A stretch of 64,000 nt of DNA from an uncultured Lentimicrobiaceae bacterium (GCA_964653595.1 CAZZHH010000016.1:1349-65348), one strand, 5' to 3'; shown: positions 49,531 through 60,247, counted from the stretch's first letter. Numbers and translations: made by a program. The notes: generated by a model not told the origin, from the sequence alone.

Positions 49531-52500
49531 CTATTCTTTTTTGCGCTTTGGGAGGATAAAACTAAACGTAGTTCCCTCTTCTTGTGAAGACTTAAACCAA
49601 ATAGTTCCCCCAAAATCGACAATTATATTTTTTACCATTGCTAATCCTAACCCCATTCCACTTGTTTTAGTAGTAAAATTGGGTGAAAATATTCGATCCT
49701 TTACTCCCTCCGAAATTCCGCTGCCATTATCGGAAACTTCAATCAACCATTTTTGTACATCATATTCTGAAATACGTATTAAAACTTTTCCTTTTTGATT
49801 TGCTTTAATTGCTTGTACTGAATTTTTAATCAAATTATTAAAAACTCTAATTAGTTGATTTTTATCTATATACACATCATACCTCTCTTTTTTATCGGAC
49901 TCCACGGTTATATCCACGTTTGGGTAATTGTATAACAAAATGGTTGAATTAACTACAGCCAAAAGGTCTTCTTCGGAGTATTCTGCTTGGGGCATTTTTG
50001 CAAAATTTGTAAAAGAAGATGCAATATCAGAAAGGGCATCAATTTGTTCAATTAAAGTAGTTGAAAATTGTTTTAATCGTAGTTCCCATTCTGGATCATT
50101 GCCATTCCATGTTCGTTCTAACATTTGCACACTTAATTTCATTGGCGTAAGTGGATTTTTAATCTCATGTGCCACTTGTTGGGCCATCTCGCGCCATGCT
50201 TGTTCTCGCTGCGAGCTCGCCAACAATTCGGCACTATATCGTAATTCATCTACCATTTTATTGTAAACTTCAACCAACGATCCAATTTCATCTGCCGATT
50301 TCCACTCAATTTTTTCATTTTTATCCTCTAACTGTATTTGACTCATTTTTTCTTTAATAAGCAACAGAGGGCGAGAAATGTATCGGGCTAATAGTAAAGC
50401 AATGATTATGGTAATAAAAATTACAAACAAATAAACACTAGAAAAAGTAATAATAAATGTAGATATCTCGCTATTTAACTCCTTTTGTTTGGCAAAATAG
50501 GGCATGTTTATATACAATCCTACTTCGCCATTTTTGGTTAATAAAGGCATATAAATCGACCAATATTTTTGTTTCCCAATATACTCATTGTGAAAATAGA
50601 TTGTTTTTTTGGATCTTCTAAATTCATAATAAGCTTCGCTATTCATTTTATCCAATATTAAACCTTGTTGATACATTTGTGGACGAGAAGTAGCCACCAA
50701 ATGACCTTTTGGACTATATACATTAATATCCACAAAATAACGCTCTGATAAACTAAAAACTAGTTGATTGATGTTTGAAATATTCTTTAATGAATCTTGG
50801 TGGATGGTATTTAACTGATTTTCAAACTCTATTAGTATGGAGTGCATTTTTTCATTTACGTACTCGATATTCTTCTTGTTGTTTAACGTTAAAAAATATC
50901 GGATTGTAACCGTACCAATTAATACAAAAGATATTAAAATTATAATAATCATGTAAAGTTGCATTCTTAATCGAAATGATATTTTTTGCTGAACATCTAC
51001 CCATGGATTACTTAATACCAATGTAAGTATCAGAATAACAACACCATACATAATGAAAAAAAACGAAATATTTACTGTTTTCTCTGTGTATGTAAGATTT
51101 TTCTTACTTAATAATACTTTTTCAATATTATTAAATGTATAATATAGATGATTGTATCCTTCGTAATTGAAAAATTTTGAATTTTGAAAACTGGAAGCAT
51201 AATTGTCCAGATTTACACTATACGAGTATTTTCCAAATTGACTTACCAAGTTATTATTTACATATCGAGCATAGGAATATTTAGAAAAATCTCTGTTTAC
51301 TCCTTTTTGTTTTTTATCTATTAACAAATCGGGATAACCAACATCGGTAACATACATTTTTGAATCTAACTCAATATATAAATGGGATATCGAACCAGAT
51401 GGCGTTTCAAAATCAATCACATATAAATAGCTGATTTGTCCTGGGGTATAATTCATAAACCAAATATTGTCAAATTTGGTAGGAGAACCTAAAGTTGCCA
51501 CCTTTTGATTAAAAAACAACGAACACTCTATCTTGAAATTATCGGGTTGTAAACGCAAATATTGGTTTTCTTTACATAAAGTGGTCGATATTTTATATTT
51601 CGAGGCAAAAGAGTTAAAATAAGTCTTTTCAAGATAATCTAAAAACCTAGTTTCACTCTTAGGTAGTTTTAGGATAAATTCTTGAACAATTACATCATTT
51701 TTAATCAATTGGGTTAGTTCGTCTAACCGATACTCCGTAATTGGATCATGCTGTGTTCCAAGCTTTTCTGCTAATAATAGTCTTTCGTTTCTTTCTTTTA
51801 TATCAAAATAGTTTCCAATGGTATGATTAATAAATATGGAGAAAAACAGCAAAAGTACAACTTTTGAAAAACCTTTTAATAGAGATATTTGTTTATAAAG
51901 GAAAAGGGATATTATGACATAGTAAATCAAAAAATATACTACTATAAATGTATAGTTTTCAAAATATTTAAAATTTACAAATGTAAACACTGCAATTTGA
52001 AGTAATAATAGTATCCAGTAAACTCTTTTAAATTCAAGTAATCGATAAGATAATCTTAAAAAATAGTAGGAAATATATACAAACGTAAACATCCACACTC
52101 CAATGATAGAAAAAGCTACAAAATGAAGCAAACTATAATTAAATATACTATCATTGTTAAAAGATATCGTTGAATTAAACACAATACTTTTAAGCAATAT
52201 TACCAGCGTTAGAAACAAAAAAGATTGAATTCCGATTAGAAAAAAAGAAATTACTAATTTTATCCACGGTTTTCGTTTTGATAGTTGAACATGATCGCTT
52301 ACCAATTTTTGGATAATTAAAACGAACATTCCGAATAAAAGGGTATTGAAAAATAGATCTCCAAAAGATGGTAACCAGATCGATGATGCATAGTAAATGG
52401 GGGAAAATAATTTTGATTGATAAACAAATGCGGGCCATTTGCATAAAAAAGAAAAAGATCTGCCCCCAAAGATAAAAAGAAGAATTACAGCCCAAAAGAC

Positions 52501-53202
52501 TAAAAACATCCATCTTTTGTTCGTATAATTTCTTAAATACAAGTACAATGCGCTAACAATAAAAAAAACAGAGATTAAAAAACCAGTTAATAGTAACACT
52601 ATAAATAGGTCGTTATTCACATTGTCTTCATCGATATATAAATTAAATAAAAATCGCTTACTAGAATTAAAAATGGGGAAATCACCAGGTTTAGTAACAA
52701 ATTGGACAGATGAATTTTCAGAAACATCCATAGCAAAACTATTCTCCAAATAAGCGTTTTCATATTCATAATGAAATTTAACCAGAGCCAAACCCACAAG
52801 CGTATAATTATGAAATTTAGAATATTTACTTATAAACCATCCATTTCTGAGAGACAACAAATCCTTTTGAAGCATGTTAGTATCCAATGAAGATGGTATC
52901 CAAAACTGGTTGGTAGACCATAGAAAAAGCTGGTTATCTTTATATAAAAAGAATGCATTATCTAGTTCCGTTTGACTGGGACTAAAAGAAAAATTTATGA
53001 TAGAAACCGTATCTTTAAGTACGGTTGATATAGAATCTACACTTTTAGATAGCGTTGCCTCTTTGCGCAAAATATTGGTTTGAATTTTTTTTTGTTCTTT
53101 TGCCAAAAGCAGGGAAATATTTTGATGGGTTTGATAATAGTAAATTGAGGTTATCAATCCTAAAATGCCAATTATTAACAGCCAAAATTTTTTCGTTTTC
53201 AT
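49531..53202 (-). CDS. Sensor histidine kinase with very large N-terminal polytopic/extracytoplasmic region
   Basis: C-terminal HAMP-like segment, H-box AQQVAHEIKNPLTPM, N-box NLIKNSVQA and G-boxes DNGSGI and GMGLGLA. Start moved to 53202 (MKTKKFW) because the track's first codons (MFHVKP) are encoded by the GTTTCACGTGAAAC palindrome itself. Confidence 0.85.
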   Translation of the reverse strand: MKTKKFWLLIIGILGLITSIYYYQTHQNISLLLAKEQKKIQTNILRKEATLSKSVDSISTVLKDTVSIINFSFSPSQTELDNAFFLYKDNQLFLWSTNQFWIPSSLDTNMLQKDLLSLRNGWFISKYSKFHNYTLVGLALVKFHYEYENAYLENSFAMDVSENSSVQFVTKPGDFPIFNSSKRFLFNLYIDEDNVNNDLFIVLLLTGFLISVFFIVSALYLYLRNYTNKRWMFLVFWAVILLFIFGGRSFSFLCKWPAFVYQSKLFSPIYYASSIWLPSFGDLFFNTLLFGMFVLIIQKLVSDHVQLSKRKPWIKLVISFFLIGIQSFLFLTLVILLKSIVFNSTISFNNDSIFNYSLLHFVAFSIIGVWMFTFVYISYYFLRLSYRLLEFKRVYWILLLLQIAVFTFVNFKYFENYTFIVVYFLIYYVIISLFLYKQISLLKGFSKVVLLLFFSIFINHTIGNYFDIKERNERLLLAEKLGTQHDPITEYRLDELTQLIKNDVIVQEFILKLPKSETRFLDYLEKTYFNSFASKYKISTTLCKENQYLRLQPDNFKIECSLFFNQKVATLGSPTKFDNIWFMNYTPGQISYLYVIDFETPSGSISHLYIELDSKMYVTDVGYPDLLIDKKQKGVNRDFSKYSYARYVNNNLVSQFGKYSYSVNLDNYASSFQNSKFFNYEGYNHLYYTFNNIEKVLLSKKNLTYTEKTVNISFFFIMYGVVILILTLVLSNPWVDVQQKISFRLRMQLYMIIIILISFVLIGTVTIRYFLTLNNKKNIEYVNEKMHSILIEFENQLNTIHQDSLKNISNINQLVFSLSERYFVDINVYSPKGHLVATSRPQMYQQGLILDKMNSEAYYEFRRSKKTIYFHNEYIGKQKYWSIYMPLLTKNGEVGLYINMPYFAKQKELNSEISTFIITFSSVYLFVIFITIIIALLLARYISRPLLLIKEKMSQIQLEDKNEKIEWKSADEIGSLVEVYNKMVDELRYSAELLASSQREQAWREMAQQVAHEIKNPLTPMKLSVQMLERTWNGNDPEWELRLKQFSTTLIEQIDALSDIASSFTNFAKMPQAEYSEEDLLAVVNSTILLYNYPNVDITVESDKKERYDVYIDKNQLIRVFNNLIKNSVQAIKANQKGKVLIRISEYDVQKWLIEVSDNGSGISEGVKDRIFSPNFTTKTSGMGLGLAMVKNIIVDFGGTIWFKSSQEEGTTFSFILPKRKKE

Positions 53203-53294
53203 ATCAAGTCGTATAACATGGATTTTATAATATCTCGGTAATGTGAAACAGAAAAAACAAGTTATTCGGTTAGTTGTGAACAACTTATAAAAAG

Positions 53295-53308
53295 GTTTCA
53301 CGTGAAAC
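53295..53308. repeat. GTTTCACGTGAAAC palindrome, copy 1 (14 bp), between the mnmG stop and the kinase start
   Basis: Read directly. The core is shared with copies at 55225-55250 and 63648-63667. Confidence 0.85.
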
Positions 53309-53322
53309 ATAGAATTAAATAA

Positions 53323-55191
53323 TTACCTACCAAAAAAAACCAAAAGGACAGAAATGTCAGACGGAGAGACTCCGCTAATTCTTGAGGCTTGGCCTATGGT
53401 TGCAGGCTTAATTTTAGTCAATTTCTCTCTTGCTTCCCACGATAAGGAAGAAAATGAAAAATAATCAGTGTCTTCGGGAATACGGATAGTGTCAAATTTG
53501 GATAATTTTTTTGCATTTTCAGACTCTTTTTGAATATAACTATGATACTTAATACTAATTTCAACTGCTTCCACTTCGTCGGCTAATAAATTATTTTTCT
53601 CAGCATATTCGCTCACTTGAGGATGAGCTTCAATTAATTGCTGCAAGGTTATTTGTGGTCGCAATACAAGTTGAAATGCTTTTACTCTTTGTGTTAATAA
53701 TGAAGATCCAATTTTGTTTAAAAAATCATTTATTGAATCCGGATCTATGGGACATTCTTTTAAAAAATGCACGAAATTCTCCACTTTAAGATACTTCGCA
53801 ATCACTGTTTCATTGCGCTCAGGCGATATTAATCCAAGTTTATAACCAATTGGTGTAAGTCGCAAATCAGCGTTATCTTGTCTTAGCAAAATTCTATATT
53901 CAGCTCTAGAGGTAAACATACGATACGGTTCGTCTACCCCTTTCGTTACCAAATCATCTATTAAAACTCCGATATACGACTCGGTTCTTTTTAACACCAA
54001 TGGTTCCAACTCGTTAATTGTTTGATGGGCATTAATTCCAGCAATTAAACCTTGGGCTGCTGCCTCCTCATACCCAGTAGTACCATTTATTTGTCCTGCA
54101 AAAAAGAGATTTGAAATCAACTTAGTTTGCAAAGTGTGTATTAATTGTGTAGGAGGAAAATAGTCATATTCAATGGCATATCCAGGTTTTAGAATTTTTG
54201 CATTTTCGAAGCCTTTTATTTTCTTTAAAGCCTCATATTGGACATGCAATGGCAACGAAGATGAAAACCCATTTAAGTAATACTCTGTAGAATCTCTGCC
54301 TTCTGGCTCTAAAAAAAGTTGATGTTTTTCTTTATCCGAAAATCGATCAATTTTATCTTCAATAGATGGACAATATCGTGGTCCAACTCCCTGAATACGC
54401 CCAGTAAACATAGGGGATTGATTAAATCCTTCTCTTAACGTATTGTGGACATCGGAAGATGTATATGCTAAAAAACAACTTAGCTGATTGCCAACTGGAG
54501 TGGTATTGGTATATGAAAATTTGGAAGGTACTGCATCTCCAAATTGCTCTTCTAAAGCCGAAAAATCAATCGTTTTGCCATCAATTCTAACCGGGGTGCC
54601 CGTTTTTAACCTAGCGGTTTCGAATCCTAATTTTTGTAGAGATTCGGTAAGACCCTCTACTGATAATTCACCCAAACGACCGCCTTTGGTGTTAAATTCA
54701 CCGATGTGAATTTTGCCATTTAAAAAAGTTCCATTTGTCAACACCACACTTTTAGCTGAGAATTGTAATCCCATTTGAGTAACAACTCCTACTACTTTTT
54801 GGTCTTTCACTATTAAATCTACTACAACATCTTGCCACAATTGTAAATTTTGGAGACTCTCTAAATAAAATTTCCATTTTTTAGCAAACGCAAACTTGTC
54901 GATTTGAGCCCTGGGACTCCACATTGCAGGACCTTTAGAGCGGTTTAACATTCTAAACTGAATCGTAGTTTGATCTGCAATTACACCACACATCCCTCCT
55001 ATTGCATCCACTTCCCTAACCAACTGACCTTTTGCTATACCACCCATTGCCGGATTGCATGACATCTGACCAATGGTATCAAGATTCATCGTAATAAGTA
55101 GTGTTTTTGAACCTAAATTTGCAGCACTAGCAGCCGCTTCGCATCCTGCATGACCAGCTCCAACCACTATCACATCAAACGTACCAATCAT
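53323..55191 (-). CDS. mnmG: tRNA uridine 5-carboxymethylaminomethyl modification enzyme MnmG (GidA)
   Basis: FAD motif VIVVGAGHAGCEAA, GPRYCPSIEDK and GQINGTTGYEEAAAQG. Confidence 0.95.
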   Translation of the reverse strand: MIGTFDVIVVGAGHAGCEAAASAANLGSKTLLITMNLDTIGQMSCNPAMGGIAKGQLVREVDAIGGMCGVIADQTTIQFRMLNRSKGPAMWSPRAQIDKFAFAKKWKFYLESLQNLQLWQDVVVDLIVKDQKVVGVVTQMGLQFSAKSVVLTNGTFLNGKIHIGEFNTKGGRLGELSVEGLTESLQKLGFETARLKTGTPVRIDGKTIDFSALEEQFGDAVPSKFSYTNTTPVGNQLSCFLAYTSSDVHNTLREGFNQSPMFTGRIQGVGPRYCPSIEDKIDRFSDKEKHQLFLEPEGRDSTEYYLNGFSSSLPLHVQYEALKKIKGFENAKILKPGYAIEYDYFPPTQLIHTLQTKLISNLFFAGQINGTTGYEEAAAQGLIAGINAHQTINELEPLVLKRTESYIGVLIDDLVTKGVDEPYRMFTSRAEYRILLRQDNADLRLTPIGYKLGLISPERNETVIAKYLKVENFVHFLKECPIDPDSINDFLNKIGSSLLTQRVKAFQLVLRPQITLQQLIEAHPQVSEYAEKNNLLADEVEAVEISIKYHSYIQKESENAKKLSKFDTIRIPEDTDYFSFSSLSWEAREKLTKIKPATIGQASRISGVSPSDISVLLVFFGR

Positions 55192-55224
55192 TTTATCTAT
55201 TTTTATATTATCTCATTAAACAAA

Positions 55225-55250
55225 AAAAATGTTTCACGTGAAACATTTTT
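55225..55250. repeat. GTTTCACGTGAAAC palindrome, copy 2 (26-bp perfect palindrome AAAAATGTTTCACGTGAAACATTTTT), between the ybeY stop and the mnmG start
   Basis: Read directly. Flanking A- and T-runs give it a bidirectional-terminator appearance. Confidence 0.85.
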
Positions 55251-55272
55251 ATAACTTATTGAATTGCAATAT

Positions 55273-55692
55273 TTATAATCTTTTTAGCAAATAATAATCT
55301 TCTTTCTGTCTCATCTCCGCCGCTTCCGCTTTGGTTTTATCTTTATAACCAAACAGGTGGAGTACACCATGAATCATCACTCGATTTAACTCATCAATAA
55401 ATGAGACTTTTTGAACAGTCGCATTTTCTTTTACTCTATCAATACTAATTAACAAATCGCCGGAAATAACATCGGCTTCACAATAATCAAAAGTAATGAT
55501 ATCGGTATAATAATCATGTTTTAAAAAATCCTTGTTTACAGACAATAAGTAGTTATCCGAACAAAAAACAATGGTCAATTCCCCTACCCGTTTACGCTCC
55601 TCTAAAATAGCATCTTTGAGCCATTGTTTCAACTTTCTTTTTTGCAAAAGATCGAAATCAACGTCTTGTTCAACGAAAGAGATATTACCCAT
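55273..55692 (-). CDS. ybeY: rRNA maturation RNase YbeY
   Basis: Zinc motif HGVLHLFGYKD. Length 139 aa. Confidence 0.9.
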   Translation of the reverse strand: MGNISFVEQDVDFDLLQKRKLKQWLKDAILEERKRVGELTIVFCSDNYLLSVNKDFLKHDYYTDIITFDYCEADVISGDLLISIDRVKENATVQKVSFIDELNRVMIHGVLHLFGYKDKTKAEAAEMRQKEDYYLLKRL

Positions 55693-55694
55693 TT

Positions 55695-56141
55695 TTACAA
55701 TTTTGTGTTAGAGGTTGAAGATTGTTTTGCTTTGATTCTTGCATTACTTAACACTGCAGTTCTTTGGTTGTGAATTTTATTCTGCATGGTATCTAGTTCA
55801 AACCTAAATTGAATGGTAGAGTTGCAAAAACTAACATCATCCGCTAGTTTTACTATTAAAGCCAAATCATCATTTGAAGAGTTCGAAAAATTAATGTCTA
55901 AATTGGATATATCTTGTTGTTGTATCAGACAATTTGAAATTGAAAATTCAACAAAATGATCTTGAATAGCATACTCTAGGGTTACATTAGAATCACCGGT
56001 ATGTTCAACAGCAGTGCTCAAAGTCATCAATATGGATCCGAACTGTTTCTCATTGATTATTGCATCACTATACATTTGTTGAATAATGGATTCAATTTGA
56101 ATAAGGGATTGAGTTTGATTGTTTGATAATTCAATTTTCAT
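55695..56141 (-). CDS. Hypothetical protein (about 148 aa)
   Basis: Open frame packed between the coiled-coil gene and ybeY. The track start is TTG at 56198 and the first ATG is at 56141. No motif recognised. Confidence 0.45.
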   Translation of the reverse strand: MKIELSNNQTQSLIQIESIIQQMYSDAIINEKQFGSILMTLSTAVEHTGDSNVTLEYAIQDHFVEFSISNCLIQQQDISNLDINFSNSSNDDLALIVKLADDVSFCNSTIQFRFELDTMQNKIHNQRTAVLSNARIKAKQSSTSNTKL

Positions 56142-56221
56142 ACAATAATAGTTGTTAAATTTAACTTCTTTCGCTTCAATGAGAACTCTTCTAAACAAAA
56201 TTTTGGATAACTACTTTTTTG

Positions 56222-59200
56222 TTATCCTCCAAAGTTAATAAAATATTTTGAGACTTTATCTTTGTAATATAATTTTAAAGGTAATGGAGCTTTTTTTAAC
56301 ATCTCATTTTGTTTTAATTTGTTGTTTTTTAATTGCTCTATGTATTTTGCTGTAGGTGAAATTAATGGATTGCCTTCTTTAGATTCGCGTATCTCCTCCT
56401 TTTCTCTTTCTGTTTCAGCTTTTTCAGATTCGAGCATACGAGTAACTATGTCTTGTTGACGTTTCAACGTGGAAGGAGTAATGTTTTTATTGACAATCTC
56501 CTTTTCCGAGTGTTCCATCTCTTTTAAAAGTCTATCCAGCTTACCATCATATCCTTTTCCCTCTTTTTTAAGATCGTCTATATATTGCTGAAGCATTCTT
56601 CTAATAGCCTCTTGCTCAGCTGCCAATCGTGCCATCTCTTCGCTTTGCATTTGTCCCATCTGACCACCTGGTTTAACACCTGGTTTTTGCATTTTCTTGT
56701 TTACGCCCTCTTGCATCTTGCGAATTTTCTCCATATTTGGTCCTTTTTTATCCTTTTTGGATTTCGAATTTCCTGGATTATCGCAACTATTATTTCCCTT
56801 TTTTTTGCAGCTTGAATTTGATTTCATCTTGTTTTGCTTACTTTTCATGTTTTTAAGGGATTCAGCCAAAAAAAGTGCTAAATTATTGGTTGATGTCATA
56901 ACATAGCGTTGATATACAAGTACTTCTGATATTTTTTTATCAAACAATGCATTGGATATTTTATCAAAATTGGTATTTATAGAATGTAGTTCTTTAAAAA
57001 CCATCGATTGAACTTCGGGTTGTCTTTTAGCAATTGCAGTAAGCGAATCTTTGATAATATCAAAATTTCCTTTCATCGATGTTTGCTCTCTGACTAGGTC
57101 GGCCAAATTTGGATCGTACGACTTGATAGTTGAAAATTTTAAAGCAATATTTTCCTGATCGATACTTACTTTAACCAAGTTTTCTAATATTTCTCTAACC
57201 TGATCGATATCTTCAGCCAAATTTTCCTCGTCTATTTGTTCTTTATTTTTTTCTAATTTTTCTTTGAGTTGCTGCATCTCTTGTTCGGCTTGATTTTGAC
57301 TTGCCTTTGCCTTTTTTTCCTTGTTGTTTTTAAGCTGATCACTGCTATTTTGCAACTGTGATTTAATCGATTGTTCTTCTGGTTGGGTATTTTCTAGTTT
57401 ATTGGGTTGTTCTAAAGAGTTGTTTAATTTTCGTATCTCCTCTTGCTCTTTTTTAAATTCATCAAATTTTTGATTGATTTCTTCTTGTTCTTTTGTCAAA
57501 GCCTCTTTATTTACAGGAGTTATGGCTTTTTCATTTAACTTATTTTGTTTATCAATAATCTCCTGAAGTTTAGAGATATTTTGTTCAAAACGTTTTTCAA
57601 ATTCTAAATTTTTGTATTGTTCTACATTTTTATTTAAATCTTCCTTAAGCGTTTCATTCTGTTTTTTTATTTCATCTAGTTTAGTTTGAATAGCATTTGG
57701 ATTGGTTTGTTTCATCAGCTCTTCCATCGTCTTCATCATCTCATCTAGTTGCTTTTTGAGAATATCGTTTATCTCTTTTTCTAGATTTTTTTTATTCTCT
57801 TTTTGCTCTTCTGATAATTTTTCTAGCTCATTGATTCTATTAAGCTCTTTGGATAACTCATTCATCTTCTGTTTAAGTTCTTCCATCCTGTTTTTAAGTT
57901 CTTCCATCTTTTTTTGCAGCGACCAATCTTTTTTATTCGTTTCTTGCACAGATTTCTTTAAATTTTCTAGCTCTTTTTCAATTTTATTCGTTTCTTTAAG
58001 CATGGAGCCCAAGCTAGAAACATTTGCCTCATTTTTAGAATTTAACTCTTTTGTTTTTTCTTCTTCGGTTTTAAAAACAATTACTTTTGTAGCTGAAATA
58101 GTTTTTTTTCCTTTTTTAATTGCATCATTATCAATTACTTCAATGTTAAGTTCTACTTTTCGAGGCATTTCAGAATAAAAATTTTCTAAATTGATAATTT
58201 CATCTATTGCTACCCTATTCAAATTATTAAGTAGGGGCAATTTCGTTTTTGTAATTTTACTGTTTCCATTTAAATCATAAATCGTAGTATTTAAAAAAAG
58301 AGCCGAAATTCCGTAATCATCCGAGGTTTCTCCTTTAAAAAAAAGGATGTTGTCGTATAAAGAATCTTGTGTTATTTCCAGTTTAATTTGAGGATATTCA
58401 TCGTCTATAACATTGCATTGAATAACCAATGTATCTATGGAATTTACTTTTTGGTGAGTTGCATAAATATTTATATTTTCTTGATTTACAATATTATATA
58501 CAAATTGTGACTGATTATTATTAGGGTAACCAACCGAATTAAAGGAAGCATACGAAGTCAGTAATTTATCGGTACCTTCGGTAACCACCTTCACAGTGGC
58601 TCTTGTACCTCTTGGTAATAGCAAATTACTTTGATTTTCAACGGTTTCATCTTGTTTACCGACGTATGTTGGATAATATAAAGCGATGGAATAATTCAAA
58701 ATTCTTGGTTTTTCAACCATTTTCAATAGATATTTCTGAGAAAAAAATTCATCATTAAACAGTTGAAATTCAATATCTTTCTTTATATTTAAAAACTCAA
58801 ATTCATAATTAGTATTACTTTTTTTTATCAATTTTTCCGAAAAATTGTCTCCTTTAATCGACAAATCGGTAGGTAACTCCTCCCCTTTTACCTGAATGTG
58901 AATAGTAAAATTTTCATTTTTAAATGCTGATAGATTATTGTCAACAATGTTTATAGTGTATGGTAAAGGTTTTGAAAATTGGGTTGTAGGTTGTAATACA
59001 CGATTTAAGGCCAAATTATAGGTAGGAATAACAAAAGGAATTGAAAATAATAAACCAATCAATAATAGGTATAAAAAAAGATAAATATGGTTTTTTCTTT
59101 TCTTCTTTTTAAAATCATCCGATTTAATAAAGAGTTCTATTTTTTCTGTTCGTTCTTCGATTGCTTTTTTAGTAAGTGATTCCGAATAATAACCAAATTT

Positions 59201-59521
59201 AAGCGTTTTAATAAGCTCAAAAGTGTTTTTAAACAACTCAGTTATGTTTGTTCCAAAAATTCGTTTAAAAGCTTTGTTTTGTTTAAAAACAGGTGTGTTT
59301 TGTTTATAGATAAAGAATAAAATACCGAATAACAACAAAAAAAGAATGGAAAATAATCCTATTTTTATGGATGGAGATAAATATAAAAAAATCTCGAGGG
59401 TTAAAAAAAGGAAGAAAAACAAGAATAACCCCACTAAAAAAAGAACAGTCTTTGAAAAAAGAATAGAAAATCGTTCTTTTTTTTCTAATTTATAAAATGA
59501 ATGTATTTTATTTTGTTTCAA
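56222..59521 (-). CDS. Membrane-anchored giant coiled-coil protein (DUF4175-like by recollection)
   Basis: N-terminal TM helices are followed by a beta-rich region of about 350 aa. A K/E/N-rich coiled-coil region of about 400 aa comes next. The conserved-looking C-terminus is QQDIVTRMLESEKAETEREKEE. TTG start. Confidence 0.65.
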   Translation of the reverse strand: MKQNKIHSFYKLEKKERFSILFSKTVLFLVGLFLFFFLFLTLEIFLYLSPSIKIGLFSILFLLLFGILFFIYKQNTPVFKQNKAFKRIFGTNITELFKNTFELIKTLKFGYYSESLTKKAIEERTEKIELFIKSDDFKKKKRKNHIYLFLYLLLIGLLFSIPFVIPTYNLALNRVLQPTTQFSKPLPYTINIVDNNLSAFKNENFTIHIQVKGEELPTDLSIKGDNFSEKLIKKSNTNYEFEFLNIKKDIEFQLFNDEFFSQKYLLKMVEKPRILNYSIALYYPTYVGKQDETVENQSNLLLPRGTRATVKVVTEGTDKLLTSYASFNSVGYPNNNQSQFVYNIVNQENINIYATHQKVNSIDTLVIQCNVIDDEYPQIKLEITQDSLYDNILFFKGETSDDYGISALFLNTTIYDLNGNSKITKTKLPLLNNLNRVAIDEIINLENFYSEMPRKVELNIEVIDNDAIKKGKKTISATKVIVFKTEEEKTKELNSKNEANVSSLGSMLKETNKIEKELENLKKSVQETNKKDWSLQKKMEELKNRMEELKQKMNELSKELNRINELEKLSEEQKENKKNLEKEINDILKKQLDEMMKTMEELMKQTNPNAIQTKLDEIKKQNETLKEDLNKNVEQYKNLEFEKRFEQNISKLQEIIDKQNKLNEKAITPVNKEALTKEQEEINQKFDEFKKEQEEIRKLNNSLEQPNKLENTQPEEQSIKSQLQNSSDQLKNNKEKKAKASQNQAEQEMQQLKEKLEKNKEQIDEENLAEDIDQVREILENLVKVSIDQENIALKFSTIKSYDPNLADLVREQTSMKGNFDIIKDSLTAIAKRQPEVQSMVFKELHSINTNFDKISNALFDKKISEVLVYQRYVMTSTNNLALFLAESLKNMKSKQNKMKSNSSCKKKGNNSCDNPGNSKSKKDKKGPNMEKIRKMQEGVNKKMQKPGVKPGGQMGQMQSEEMARLAAEQEAIRRMLQQYIDDLKKEGKGYDGKLDRLLKEMEHSEKEIVNKNITPSTLKRQQDIVTRMLESEKAETEREKEEIRESKEGNPLISPTAKYIEQLKNNKLKQNEMLKKAPLPLKLYYKDKVSKYFINFGG

Positions 59522-59533
59522 ATCTATAAATTG

Positions 59534-60247
59534 TTACTTAATAAAATTAAAGACATATTTATATAAACTATTAATATTCATCATTTTATGAAGTATATTT
59601 TCATTCCATTTTTTAGGTTTATTGTAAAACAAAAAATAATCGGATAATGGAATACCAACAGGACATTTAGTGTCACATTTACCACACCCCATGCATAGCT
59701 TTTCTTCTACATACCCTTTTTCAATAATTTGGTTTTTAATGTGTAGTATAGGAGTAAAGTTAGCTTCAACGAGAGTTATAGGACATTCTTGCTGACAAAT
59801 TTTGCAATCAATACAATAATTTAATTTTCTTAGCTTTAAATCAGATAAAAATTGAATATCTACATTATTCACTTCAACCAATAATTTGTATTCATAACTG
59901 ATTTTATCTAAGGAAATTATTACAAAATTAGACTTATTACCAAGAGGAATAATTTTAAAAAAGTCGTTTAAAGATTTAATAATTTTGTCAATCTTAAGTA
60001 TGAAAACTGTCTTATTCGAATGAATTGCGGTTTTAGGAATTACTATCTGATGATTATCTGTAATATAATAACAATTTTCTTCAATCAACCAATCATTTGA
60101 TGTAAGATATTGTTCTTTAATTGTAGAATCGTTGAAGGTCCATTCTACGACATTTTTAAGATGTTTTGTATTTCTTTCAAACTCTAATAAATTATCTATC
60201 AAGTAATTAATGTTTTTTCTTTTCGAAATATAAGCTTGATTATTCAT
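59534..60247 (-). CDS. Protein with C-terminal 2x[4Fe-4S] ferredoxin-type motifs
   Basis: CIDCKICQQECP and CMGCGKCDTKCP. The N-terminal 140 aa are of unknown function. 8-nt overlap with rpiB. Confidence 0.65.
   Translation of the reverse strand: MNNQAYISKRKNINYLIDNLLEFERNTKHLKNVVEWTFNDSTIKEQYLTSNDWLIEENCYYITDNHQIVIPKTAIHSNKTVFILKIDKIIKSLNDFFKIIPLGNKSNFVIISLDKISYEYKLLVEVNNVDIQFLSDLKLRKLNYCIDCKICQQECPITLVEANFTPILHIKNQIIEKGYVEEKLCMGCGKCDTKCPVGIPLSDYFLFYNKPKKWNENILHKMMNINSLYKYVFNFIK

Noticed and set aside
57702-58178. Plus-strand 158-aa S/F/L-rich ORF (and 56585-56906 ORFs) antisense to the coiled-coil gene
   Set aside because: The low-complexity composition is the mirror image of the K/E-rich sense strand (AAA/GAA read antisense as TTT/TTC). 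This is a typical shadow ORF.
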